A stretch of DNA of 32,000 bases from Desulfocapsa sulfexigens DSM 10523 (GCF_000341395.1 NC_020305.1:1-32000); one strand, 5' to 3'; shown: positions 18,226-27,057, numbered from the stretch's first letter. The notes: a model not told the origin generated them from the letters alone. Made by a program: numbers and translations.

Positions 18226-18486
18226 ATGAGTCAGGCATCGTCCCAGACAAATTTTTGGGAACTTTTTATACGGCTGGAATTTAATGAAAGCGAAAGGCCC
18301 AAAGAAGGGTGGAAGGTTTTGGAGAGGACCCCTCAGGGCTTGAAGGAAATAACAACCCGTCGCAACAAGGCCGTTAAGTTTAAACAGATAAAGGATCTAT
18401 TCGCCTGGATCAAGGAAAACAGAACAGGGTATGCGGTCAATGTTAATTGCTTCGATTACGGAGGGCGGTTAACCCTTCGGCAATAA
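18226..18486 (+). CDS. Hypothetical protein (86 aa)
   Basis: Intact ORF collinear with the replication genes; no family recognised. Confidence 0.5.
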   Translation: MSQASSQTNFWELFIRLEFNESERPKEGWKVLERTPQGLKEITTRRNKAVKFKQIKDLFAWIKENRTGYAVNVNCFDYGGRLTLRQ

Positions 18487-18488
18487 AG

Positions 18489-18520
18489 AGAGGGGTGGTT
18501 GCTGGAACAACCACCCCTCT
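18489..18520 (+). other. Perfect 13-bp hairpin just upstream of the primase-helicase
   Basis: AGAGGGGTGGTTG-ctggaa-CAACCACCCCTCT, arms 18489-18501 and 18508-18520. Confidence 0.85.
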
Positions 18521-18532
18521 GAGGTTGTTCGA

Positions 18533-21511
18533 ATGAATGATTTTGAAGAGATCAAGCGGGCTGCTGATCTAAAAGCAATCATTTTATCCGAAACGGGTCT
18601 CCAGATGGGAAAAAACCATCTGGAGTCATGTCCGTTTTGTGACGGCCATGATTGCTTCAGTATAAACACGAAGAAGGAGCAGTACAAGTGTTTTCAGTGT
18701 GACACTGGCGGAGACATCTTTGATTTTATAGCAAAATATCATGGTGTTACTGAGCGTGAAGCCCTTCTCAAAGCTGCGGATCTGGTCGGCCACACCCTCT
18801 CTCAACACAAAAAGTCCGCAAGACTGAGCAAAAACGATAAACTTTTGCTCTCGGCTGCAGAATATTATCATCACCACATGCTGACCAACGGTGCCAAAAA
18901 GTACCTGATGGATCAGCGCGGCCATTCCATGGAAACCCTGGAACGTATGAAGGTGGGGTGGACTGATGGTAAGTTGCTTTTCAACCTGCAGGAACAGGGA
19001 TTCACAATCGATGAAATCCTGGAATCAGGGCTGGCCCGGGCTGATAAAAAGAACCCCGGTCGCCACTATGATTTTTTCGGAAAAGGGCTGGCAATCTTCC
19101 CTCACTTCGAGAATGGCCGAGCCCTTCACTTCACCATTAAAGATCCCGAGAAAAAGCGGCCTTCCTACCAGCTCCCCGCAACACAGCGTCACAAGAAGTG
19201 GCGATTCTACAACCAGGATGCCCTTTTCAGATATGATGAATTGATTCTGGTTGAAGGGGAAAACGACACCCTTTCTGTCCTCGATTCAGGTGTCCGCCAG
19301 GTCATAGGGATGACTGGCCAGATATCGGAAGAGCAGATAAAGAGCCTGGCTGCACACTGCAAGAGCAAAAAACATCTCTACCTCTGGATGGACAACGACT
19401 TTGACCACTCAAAGCCGTATACAAAAGGGTATGGCTATATTCGCAAAATCTCCGAAAGCCTGCCGGGGGTTAATATCCGTATCTTTGTTTATCCTGGAAA
19501 TTTCAATGATCCGGACGAATACCTGCAGCACCTCGCAAGAGACAAGCGCCGCAATGCAATCTGCCAGCTCCGCATAGAATCGGTTGATTATATCACCTGG
19601 GAAATTCTCCAGGCCGAAGCCAAAGCAACATTGGAAGATAAGGTTGAACACCTCAATCAGTTCAACCTCTTTCAGCAGATCAGCCAGCGCTCCCACATCG
19701 AGCAACAGGTTTATATCGAGAAACTTGAGGAGTTGGGCCTCAACCTGAAATCAATCCATCAGGAACTGGAAACCGGTGGCGGTCTTCGCCAGCGGATCAC
19801 AGAATATCTGGAAAACCTCAATAGCAAACGGGATGCAAATCCAAACAGTATTGCCGATCTGATCCACGATCATTTCAGCGATGGTGGTCGTTTTTTCAGG
19901 GATGATGACGACAAGGTTTATCTGATGTGGCATCACAATATCTATGAAGTGTCCACCAATCGTCCCTTCAATGCCCTTATCAAAAGAGAAACAGGGTTAT
20001 TACCCACGGAGCAGCCGGGCCGCTCTGTCTGGGAGTCCCTTGCTTCAGAAGGGTATAATTCGGGACGGAAAATTGATCTCGGTGGGTGGTTGCACACGGA
20101 TCGCGGTGCCGATACGGTTTATATCAACCTCAACAGCTCCAATAATATCATCATAAAGATCACGCCGACGGCTATCGAAGAGATCCAGAATGGATTGAAC
20201 CAGGATCATATTCTTTTGCAGAGTTCCAGCAAAATAAAACCATTCAACTACCTGCCGGAAACAACTATTGAGGAGGCTGTCTCCGAATTGCGGAAGCTGC
20301 TTTTCGATAATCTCTCCTGCGAAACTACCCAAAAGTATCTCCTGCTCTGCTGGTTTATTTCAACTTTTGTTTCTGATTTCAGTCCCCATGTGGCCCCATT
20401 GCTGAAAGCTGCAGGGGAAACCGCCTCCGGCAAGACCACCGCTGCCAGGCTTCTCGAGTATCTTCTCTATGGTGATGAGCACCTGGGTGAAATATCCGTT
20501 GCTGGTGCCTATGCGGACGCCAGCCAGAACCCCATGCTGGTGATTGATAACCTTGAAAATCAGGACATCAAACAGGAAATGCTCAAATTTCTACTTCTGG
20601 TGGCGACCAGGGGGAGCAAGGTCAAGAGGAAGGGCGGTACAGAATCTGGAGTTACCGAAGAGAGTCCGAAAGCCCTGGTCATGGTGACGGCCATCGAACC
20701 CTTTGTTAAATCCGAGCTCATAAACCGGACATTTGAAATCAGCTTTGCCAAACAATATCACAATGAAGGGTTTATTGATGATGAAGTGACCCGGCAGATC
20801 CTCAAAAAACGAGACATCATTCTTTCCGGTCTGCTCAAGCTCATTCAAAAAGAAATCCTGCCCAACCTGAAAAAGAGAACTGCCTATATTACAGCCCTGA
20901 ATGTCGATCATAAAGGCCACAGCAAGGATAGAATGAACGCTTATCTGGCCTTGATGATGCTTATTTTAGATAGAACCCTGAATTATTGGGATGTGGGGCT
21001 CCACTTAAAGGCACCTGATATCTGGCACAACTGGATAACCACCCAGGACCAGTTGGCCCGGGAACATGAAGTCAGCTCAAACGATATTCTAAAGCTGCTT
21101 GACGGCCTGATCCGGGAGTACCGGCTCCGGATGAACGAACAGGAACTCCGGCCCCAATGTGTTTACGGGTATGAGGAAGAAGTTTATCAGTATACCCACC
21201 CGGAATACGGCATATCAATCACCAGGACACTCCCTAAATTTATCGATGATAACAGGGAACACACAGAGGCCTTTATTGAGTTTGAGGCCACCAGCAAAGA
21301 TTTGACCTATGCCTTTACCCGTTTTTGCAAGAATAACGGATTGGCCAACCCCTATTCCTCAGCTGCTATTTTCGGTTCACGACTCAAGAATGACCGGAAA
21401 TTATTAGTCAAGGGAGGCTGGGAGCTGGTTACAAAGGAGGACAATGGAACCTATTTCAAGGTTGTCAGAGGTCAAAGATATCTCAGATTTCGGCATCGTC
21501 TTATCAGATAA
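18533..21511 (+). CDS. CHC2 zinc finger/Toprim primase fused to P-loop helicase-like domain (992 aa)
   Basis: CPFCDGHDCFSINTKKEQYKCFQCDTGGDIFDFIAKYHG (CHC2 zinc), ELILVEGENDTLSVL...LYLWMDNDFD (Toprim), LLKAAGETASGKTTAARLLEYLL (Walker A), NPMLVIDNLE (candidate Walker B). Confidence 0.9.
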   Translation: MNDFEEIKRAADLKAIILSETGLQMGKNHLESCPFCDGHDCFSINTKKEQYKCFQCDTGGDIFDFIAKYHGVTEREALLKAADLVGHTLSQHKKSARLSKNDKLLLSAAEYYHHHMLTNGAKKYLMDQRGHSMETLERMKVGWTDGKLLFNLQEQGFTIDEILESGLARADKKNPGRHYDFFGKGLAIFPHFENGRALHFTIKDPEKKRPSYQLPATQRHKKWRFYNQDALFRYDELILVEGENDTLSVLDSGVRQVIGMTGQISEEQIKSLAAHCKSKKHLYLWMDNDFDHSKPYTKGYGYIRKISESLPGVNIRIFVYPGNFNDPDEYLQHLARDKRRNAICQLRIESVDYITWEILQAEAKATLEDKVEHLNQFNLFQQISQRSHIEQQVYIEKLEELGLNLKSIHQELETGGGLRQRITEYLENLNSKRDANPNSIADLIHDHFSDGGRFFRDDDDKVYLMWHHNIYEVSTNRPFNALIKRETGLLPTEQPGRSVWESLASEGYNSGRKIDLGGWLHTDRGADTVYINLNSSNNIIIKITPTAIEEIQNGLNQDHILLQSSSKIKPFNYLPETTIEEAVSELRKLLFDNLSCETTQKYLLLCWFISTFVSDFSPHVAPLLKAAGETASGKTTAARLLEYLLYGDEHLGEISVAGAYADASQNPMLVIDNLENQDIKQEMLKFLLLVATRGSKVKRKGGTESGVTEESPKALVMVTAIEPFVKSELINRTFEISFAKQYHNEGFIDDEVTRQILKKRDIILSGLLKLIQKEILPNLKKRTAYITALNVDHKGHSKDRMNAYLALMMLILDRTLNYWDVGLHLKAPDIWHNWITTQDQLAREHEVSSNDILKLLDGLIREYRLRMNEQELRPQCVYGYEEEVYQYTHPEYGISITRTLPKFIDDNREHTEAFIEFEATSKDLTYAFTRFCKNNGLANPYSSAAIFGSRLKNDRKLLVKGGWELVTKEDNGTYFKVVRGQRYLRFRHRLIR

Positions 21512-21612
21512 CAGGAAGGAGTGGTGGTTTGTGTTGCAGGGTCTTTTATTTTATTATGCAATGTCGCATAATGTTTGAAAGGGGTTGTGATAAGCCACTA
21601 AAAGGTGAGTGT

Positions 21613-21923
21613 GGTGCAGGTGAGGGGTGCAAGTCTAGGGCAGGTGCAAGATCAAAAAACAAAATCCGGCATTGATCATGGTCGTATTTACCACCATTAA
21701 GCAAGAGGGAAAATTTATGGAGCATTTTCTCAGTACCTATGACCCTTGCACCACTTTCTTTATAAATATTTTTTATTTTAAAGGGTTAATGATGGTGCAG
21801 CCGGGGTGCAGGTTCGGGTGCATCGATGGTGCAGCAGTGGTGCAAGCTCCTTGGGGTGGTTTCAGTTGCACCACGATAAAACAACACTGTTTCAGTTAGA
21901 TAGTAACAGGGTGCAAGGGTGCA
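21613..21923. repeat. GGTGCA iteron-like array (10 direct, 2 inverted copies)
   Basis: Direct copies start at 21613, 21626, 21643, 21794, 21805, 21817, 21828, 21839, 21910, 21918. Inverted TGCACC at 21747 and 21867. The central five are spaced 11,12,11,11 bp. Confidence 0.85.
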
Positions 21924-21995
21924 GGTAAAGAAGATGCTTTCACAAATTCCATTTTAAAGGGGTATTTGCATGATTATTATCATTTATAAGCTAAG

Positions 21996-22020
21996 AATGA
22001 TTTAGATGATTCAAATCATT
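21996..22020. promoter_or_regulatory. Inverted repeat upstream of the recombinase (AATGATTT-agatgattc-AAATCATT)
   Basis: Direct reading; perfect 8-bp arms about 60 bp upstream of the recombinase ATG. A second small palindrome ATGATtattATCAT lies just upstream. Confidence 0.5.
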
Positions 22021-22083
22021 TTTATGAAAAGAATCTTCAGAAAAAAAATTTTTCTCTATAAATAGGGTGTCTGGAGGCGCAAA

Positions 22084-23115
22084 ATGAAGGGTTTTAGAAA
22101 AATCACCAAACGGCTATTTGGTAGAAAAAGTGCCAATCAGGCTGATTTTGGCATCATCGACGGAGAGGTGACGGATAATTGCGGTTCTATAGGGGAAGCC
22201 GTTGCTTTTGAAACGGAATTGGCGGAGTTTGAAGGTAAAACTATTGGGAATCATAGCAATAGTTTTGGAAGAGAAGCGGAGTTCATTGAACCGGATCCAC
22301 CAGCCGACGAGTTTAGGGAGCCGGTTCCGCCTGCGGAGCAAATTAATCCCGATGAATGGGAGATACCGGAACCGTATCTTATCTATTTATCGGCCACCGG
22401 AAAGGCGAAAAGAACCATCCAGGAGTATCGCTGGGAATTGCTCTGGTGGAACAGGCAGACCGCTCTTGCAAGGCTCACCCTCCAGGACATGGAAGGGATC
22501 ATTCACAAGGTGCATCCTTCCACGGCCCGGCGAAAGGTTGCGGCAATCCGCTCTTTTGCGAAATGGCAGCTCCGGGAAGGTTCCGGACGGCTGCATGGTG
22601 AGGTAAGCCAGGTCATACTGCCAAAGACACCTTCCAGGATACCCAAGGACAGAGGAACGGATGAATTTATGGATTTGTCCAGGTGTGCCGTGGATCTGGT
22701 ACGGGCCGGAGACAGAAGAGGGGTGTGGATTGGGCTTATGGGCTGCTGCGGCCTGCGGATCTCCGAGATACAGACCGCGGAACCGGCACCGGGTAAAACG
22801 ATAAAGGTCATCGGGAAGGGAGACAAGGAAAGACAGATCCCTGCTCCGGCCTGGTTAATTGAAGCCCTGGGCTGTGACACATATAAGAGATGTTGGAAGA
22901 AGGGACGGCATCTGATCTGGTCTGAACTCAAAAAAATGGGGATCAGGAAACCCCACAGCCTGAGACACACCTTTGCCAGCGAATTACGAAGAAAGGGTTA
23001 TCCATTGGAAGAAATCAAAGTGTTGCTCGGACATAGCAAACTGGACACCACTATGATCTATGCCAACGTAGCCCTGCCAAACGATATCACATCGAGGTTG
23101 GGGGTGGAGCATTGA
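22084..23115 (+). CDS. Tyrosine recombinase/integrase (343 aa)
   Basis: GLMGCCGLRISE (Arg), IGKGDKERQIP (Lys), HSLRHTFASELRRKG (HxxR), VLLGHSKLDTTMIYANV (His, Tyr). Confidence 0.93.
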   Translation: MKGFRKITKRLFGRKSANQADFGIIDGEVTDNCGSIGEAVAFETELAEFEGKTIGNHSNSFGREAEFIEPDPPADEFREPVPPAEQINPDEWEIPEPYLIYLSATGKAKRTIQEYRWELLWWNRQTALARLTLQDMEGIIHKVHPSTARRKVAAIRSFAKWQLREGSGRLHGEVSQVILPKTPSRIPKDRGTDEFMDLSRCAVDLVRAGDRRGVWIGLMGCCGLRISEIQTAEPAPGKTIKVIGKGDKERQIPAPAWLIEALGCDTYKRCWKKGRHLIWSELKKMGIRKPHSLRHTFASELRRKGYPLEEIKVLLGHSKLDTTMIYANVALPNDITSRLGVEH

Positions 23116-23681
23116 GAAAAACACTCGTATGTTTTTTGATCGTCTTCCACGGTTCGGTGCTGGCTGCAGAGCCTGAAAATCCGGCAATCCCTGAATGGCA
23201 TCTGGCAAAATCGACCATGAAAGAATGTTATGACGGCTGGGATGTGGAGGTGACGGTTTCCGGAGGATATGAAACCCGGTATTACGAGAATGGCCCGGTG
23301 GATGGGCCTTTCGGTAACGCCGTTTTAACGGTACCGCTCTATTCCAGAAAAGAACGGCTCTCCCGGCAGCAATCGATAAACAAGGAGATCGAGCATGTTG
23401 CAGAGCTGTATGCTGATTTTGAAGAACAGAGCGCTTCCTATATGGCGCTTTCAGAAGAGAAGGGCTTGCTCAAAAAAGTGATGATAGACACTGGAGCACA
23501 GGGGATCACGGCCTATTACGATCTGATGAAGGAAATCGAGAAGGCCCGGGCAAAGCGGAACAGCGCGGCACGAAAGATTATGATGATTCTGGAGAACTGT
23601 GGATATGTGGAAGCAGATAAAGTTGCTGGGCCGGGATCGGCTCTTGGCGGAAGAGATCAGACCACGCCTCAAGGAGGGTAG
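23112..23681 (+). CDS. Exported hypothetical protein (189 aa)
   Basis: Signal peptide MRKTLVCFLIVFHGSVLAAE. 4-bp overlap with the integrase stop. Confidence 0.65.
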   Translation: MRKTLVCFLIVFHGSVLAAEPENPAIPEWHLAKSTMKECYDGWDVEVTVSGGYETRYYENGPVDGPFGNAVLTVPLYSRKERLSRQQSINKEIEHVAELYADFEEQSASYMALSEEKGLLKKVMIDTGAQGITAYYDLMKEIEKARAKRNSAARKIMMILENCGYVEADKVAGPGSALGGRDQTTPQGG

Positions 23682-24420
23682 GGGCTTTGTCCTTACCGGC
23701 ACCCATGGTGCAGGAAAAACCGCTATTCTGGAATGGATCAGCGTATTTCTGAAAAAAGATGTAACAACCATCAGTGCAGAGTGGACCGTCAAGGAAATGC
23801 TGGTCCAGATGTGCCTGGATTGGGCGGTGGAGGTCAGGGACGATGAAGGGGCAACCAGAGGCAAGACAAAATGGCAAGTGGCATGGATGGAACGGGCACT
23901 CCTGAAGGAGACCGATAAATGGTTAATCGTGGACGATATCCAGAAAGTGACCCCCACCAAACTCCGAAGATTAAAACTGTTCCGGGATCGTGTGCGGATA
24001 ATAGCCGCCGGAGTCCCGCCATTCCGACAGGAAGAACTGAAACGGCTCCTGTGGGGACTGCCGGCAATCCAGGTAAAACCCTTACCCACAGATGTCATGA
24101 ACAGGATTGCCATAGCTGCAGCTCCTGTTCTGGAGTCACGAACACCAATAGGTGAGGCTGTCCATGCTTCCAGAGGGATACCTGGTCAATTGATTCATGC
24201 CCTGAGGGGTGAGGTTACCCCGGAGGCAAGAAAGGTGAGTGGGGAGGAGATAGACCTCTCCCCACTGATCCTGATCGGCCTGGCCGGAGTGATGATAACC
24301 CGATATGTTGCCATCGGCCTTGAATCCACTTCTTTGTATATGCTTGGTGGTTTGGGTATGGGAATAGGTCTGATAGTGAGATTTTATCTATTCCGGGGGA
24401 TGGAGGCACAGCGAAGATGA
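23599..24420 (+). CDS. AAA/P-loop ATPase with C-terminal transmembrane segments (273 aa)
   Basis: GFVLTGTHGAGKTAILEWI (Walker A), KWLIVDDIQ (Walker B), C-terminal LILIGLAGVMITRYVAIG and LYMLGGLGMGIGLIVRFYLF. Confidence 0.75.
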   Translation: MDMWKQIKLLGRDRLLAEEIRPRLKEGRGFVLTGTHGAGKTAILEWISVFLKKDVTTISAEWTVKEMLVQMCLDWAVEVRDDEGATRGKTKWQVAWMERALLKETDKWLIVDDIQKVTPTKLRRLKLFRDRVRIIAAGVPPFRQEELKRLLWGLPAIQVKPLPTDVMNRIAIAAAPVLESRTPIGEAVHASRGIPGQLIHALRGEVTPEARKVSGEEIDLSPLILIGLAGVMITRYVAIGLESTSLYMLGGLGMGIGLIVRFYLFRGMEAQRR

Positions 24421-25280
24421 CCGGGCCAACACATATTGCCATAGCCCTTTCAATAGGCATGGTTGCCGGGGCCTCAAAAGTGCATCTGGGTCTGATCGCT
24501 GCAGGGGCGATACTTCCGGATCTGGATCACCCGCAGTCTTTTATCGGGCGTGTTTTCTTTCCGATTTCGATACCACTGAACCAATGGCTGGGACATCGAG
24601 GGGCCTTTCATTCCTTTTGGCTCTGGCTCCTGGTGTGTCTGGGTGGGTACTTCTGGACACCGGCATTTTTTCTTGGAGCAGGGGCGATTCTCCATATCTT
24701 GGCAGACTGCGGGACCGTTTCCGGAGTCCGGGCTCTGTCGCCCTGGTCGCAAAAGCTCTTTGTGGTCTTTCGCAGGTCCTGGAGAATCAAAAGCGGATCA
24801 CCGCATGAAATACTGGTGCTCATATGTTTCGGGATGATCGCCTGGGGAGGCGGGTATATGGGAGCCGTGGGCGGTATCCGGGCCATGATCGGCCACGTCA
24901 CCGGCGCACCCAAGATTATGATGGAGGAGTTTATCTCCAAGGGGCTGACGAAATGCAAGGTAAAAGGAAAATTCCGCTGGAACACCGGAGAGATTGAGGA
25001 AGGAGAATGGCTGATTATCGGCACAGAAGGGCAGACCGGCCTGGCAATGCGGGGCAAAGACAAGCTTATCCATATACCCAAGGACGGGAAGTTTCTAAAG
25101 GCAAGGTTGAAACCGTGTCCCAACAAATCAACCTGGGAACTGGTCCAGCTCAAGGGGTGGGCTGAGACTGAAAAAGATGTTTATTTCATGGATGGAAAAA
25201 AATGGCATATAGCACAAGAGGGAGAAGTGGTCTGGGGCCAGATTTTGGGCGACAAGATCGAACTGGAGAGTCTTTTGTAA
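24417..25280 (+). CDS. YdjM/DUF457-like membrane-bound metal-dependent hydrolase with C-terminal extension (287 aa)
   Basis: THIAIALSIGMVAGASKVHLGLIAAGAILPDLDHPQS, LGHRGAFHSFWLWLLV, GAILHILADC. 4-bp overlap with the upstream ATPase. Confidence 0.85.
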   Translation: MTGPTHIAIALSIGMVAGASKVHLGLIAAGAILPDLDHPQSFIGRVFFPISIPLNQWLGHRGAFHSFWLWLLVCLGGYFWTPAFFLGAGAILHILADCGTVSGVRALSPWSQKLFVVFRRSWRIKSGSPHEILVLICFGMIAWGGGYMGAVGGIRAMIGHVTGAPKIMMEEFISKGLTKCKVKGKFRWNTGEIEEGEWLIIGTEGQTGLAMRGKDKLIHIPKDGKFLKARLKPCPNKSTWELVQLKGWAETEKDVYFMDGKKWHIAQEGEVVWGQILGDKIELESLL

Positions 25281-25405
25281 TCTTCGCCCCCTTGGGAGAA
25301 AGGGTTATTGAAATGATCTTTTTTCAGGGAGAAAAGGGCGAAGCTGTTAAGAGGGCCAGGGTGTATGCTCCGGCTGGTAATTTTAAGATAGTGGAGAGAT
25401 GAGGT

Positions 25406-25678
25406 ATGACAAAGAAGGAACTTGTTGAAGAAGTGGCAAAAGATGCGAAAATCAGCCAGGCGGCAGCATTGCTGGCGGTTGATTCCATGACCAGGAATAT
25501 AATGAAGGGATTGAAAAAGGGAGATCATGTTTCCTTGGTTGGTTTTGGCCGGTTTTCGGTGAAAGAGCGAGCGGCCAGGAAGGGGAGGAATCCGCAGACT
25601 GGTAAAGAAATCCAGATCCAAGCCCGAAAGGTTGTTAGGTTTACACCTGGTCAGCCATTGAAAGATGCCGTTAATTAA
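25406..25678 (+). CDS. HU/IHF-family DNA-binding protein (90 aa)
   Basis: MTKKELVEEVAKDAKISQAAALLAVDSMT...GDHVSLVGFGRFSVKERAARKGRNPQTGKEIQIQARKVVRFTPGQPLKDAV. Confidence 0.95.
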   Translation: MTKKELVEEVAKDAKISQAAALLAVDSMTRNIMKGLKKGDHVSLVGFGRFSVKERAARKGRNPQTGKEIQIQARKVVRFTPGQPLKDAVN

Positions 25679-25692
25679 AAGAGGCTAAGGCT

Positions 25693-25980
25693 ATGTGTAG
25701 AGGAGATGTTGAGATATCATGTAATGACTATGACGAGTTGTTGAAGTGGGCAACGAAGTGGAATAAAGACCTTGCACAGAGCATTGAGCAAATCAGAATT
25801 GTAAAAAATAATAAAGAGGGGCACAAAACTGTTTTTCTTAGAAAAGAGGACATTACCAAGGAAGAAGCTGAAGCGTTTCTTGAATCACTGATGGAATCAG
25901 AGATATACGCCTATGATGAGAAAAGCTTAAAATACTTTTCTCATCTTGTTGAGGCATGGCGGCCTCTCGCTGAAGAATAA
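25693..25980 (+). CDS. Hypothetical protein (95 aa)
   Basis: Intact ORF of plausible composition downstream of HU. Confidence 0.5.
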   Translation: MCRGDVEISCNDYDELLKWATKWNKDLAQSIEQIRIVKNNKEGHKTVFLRKEDITKEEAEAFLESLMESEIYAYDEKSLKYFSHLVEAWRPLAEE

Positions 25981-26072
25981 TTGGTGTGGATACGCTAGAT
26001 TCCCTTTGAACCGCTGCTGATGGATACAAACTTCCAGCTTCGACCATGTGCCCAGAAACGACATCTAGCCCA

Positions 26073-26120
26073 GATTCAGGTTAAAACTGTCACGGCTTTT
26101 ACCACTTCCCGCTTTAGTTA
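26073..26120 (+). repeat. Direct repeat flanking the RM module, left copy
   Basis: GATTCaGGTTAAAACTGTCACGGCTTTTaccaCTTCCCGCTTtAgTTA; matches 28927-28974. Confidence 0.85.
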
Positions 26121-26159
26121 GATAGAGTATCCGGGCAACAAACAAATATCAGTCTTGGT

Positions 26160-26768
26160 TCATTTATCTTTTTGGAATAATGCCATACCATCAGTACCTT
26201 TTGGTATGAATGCAACGTTTTCTGACAACTCTTCGTGCTCAATCTCAACTACAGCTAAATAACCTGTATCCAATGTTAGCTTTTCCCAGACAGGAAAATA
26301 TGGTGCTAATTCTGCGTAATTGCCAATTCTATCCGTAAGATATTGATACATATCCCTTGACGGTAGAATCAGAAGACCTCCTTCAAGAACATTTTCAAGT
26401 AGTCCAATGGCAAGCTTATTTACCGCCCTGTGGCTTGAAGAAATATTACCAGTTTCCCATTCTACAGCAAAATATTTACCGTTATTCAATTTAAGGACGG
26501 CATCAACCGGACCTGGTTTTATTCGAGCCCCAAGAGCCATCGGATGTTCTAATATCCAACCCTGTTCTTCCAAGTGTATCATACAATTTGTTTTTATTGG
26601 CTTTACGCCATTTCCCTTTTTCACGGGATTCAGGGTGAATATGTCAGAATCGGGTGGCCATGAAACCTTTTTTATTGCATGATAAACATCGTGGAGCAGT
26701 GTTTCCAGCTCATCACTTTTTGGAAATGAACCCTTTGAAATTAAAACTTCAGTCCTCAATATTTTCAT
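26160..26768 (-). CDS. BamHI-family type II restriction endonuclease (202 aa), predicted GGATCC
   Basis: GNGVKPIKTNC, GPVDAVLKLNNGKYFAVEWETGNISSSHRAVNKL, QYLTDRIGNYAELAPYF, AFIPKGTDGM align with BamHI landmark segments, including the catalytic D...ExE and the recognition residues N/S/R and DR. Confidence 0.92.
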   Translation of the reverse strand: MKILRTEVLISKGSFPKSDELETLLHDVYHAIKKVSWPPDSDIFTLNPVKKGNGVKPIKTNCMIHLEEQGWILEHPMALGARIKPGPVDAVLKLNNGKYFAVEWETGNISSSHRAVNKLAIGLLENVLEGGLLILPSRDMYQYLTDRIGNYAELAPYFPVWEKLTLDTGYLAVVEIEHEELSENVAFIPKGTDGMALFQKDK

Positions 26769-27018
26769 CTAGAATATCCTTTACCTTTTTTATCATTATA
26801 TGAGGTTGCTCGTTTAATGCTTCGGCAATCTGTAATATTGATGTAAGAGATGGTTGCCTTAGTCCACGCTCAAGAAGTGAGATAAAAGTTCTGTCTAGGT
26901 TTCCCATCAAAGCTAGTTTTTCCTGTGAAATTCCACGTGCATTCCTGATTTCCTTGAGAACCTTTCCGTAAACTTCTTCTGGTTTCATATGAATCCCTCC
27001 AAATATAATATGGGCCAA
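26749..27018 (-). CDS. RM controller protein (C protein, XRE family; possible start at internal MKPEEVYG)
   Basis: VLKEIRNARGISQEKLALMGNLDRTFISLLERGLRQPSLTSILQIAEAL. Located immediately upstream of and overlapping the R gene. Confidence 0.85.
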   Translation of the reverse strand: MAHIIFGGIHMKPEEVYGKVLKEIRNARGISQEKLALMGNLDRTFISLLERGLRQPSLTSILQIAEALNEQPHIMIKKVKDILDENIED

Positions 27019-27035
27019 CTTACTCTCTTGACCGC

Positions 27036-27057
27036 ACTTGGTCGACGGACTATAGTC
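27036..27057. promoter_or_regulatory. Candidate C-box operator in the divergent C/M intergenic region
   Basis: ACTTGGTCGACGGACTATAGTC contains the perfect palindrome GACTATAGTC (27048-27057) and a half-matching left box ACTTGGTC. Confidence 0.65.

Noticed and set aside
21613-21923. CRISPR-like or simple tandem repeat interpretation of the GGTGCA cluster
   Set aside because: The repeat unit is only 6 bp with variable flanks, no spacer-repeat structure and no cas genes; binding-site array fits better.
17234-25153. Antisense ORFs such as 17234..17458, 18469..18687, 19409..19705, 20591..20920, 22202..22606, 22503..22970, 23451..24113, 24608..25153
   Set aside because: They lie opposite or in alternative frames of genes with recognisable conserved domains and have no domain signature of their own.
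25202-25402. ORF 25202..25402 (+) as a gene
   Set aside because: Most of its N-terminal half overlaps the YdjM-like C-terminus out of frame. A short real peptide from an internal ATG near 25310 is possible but unsupported.
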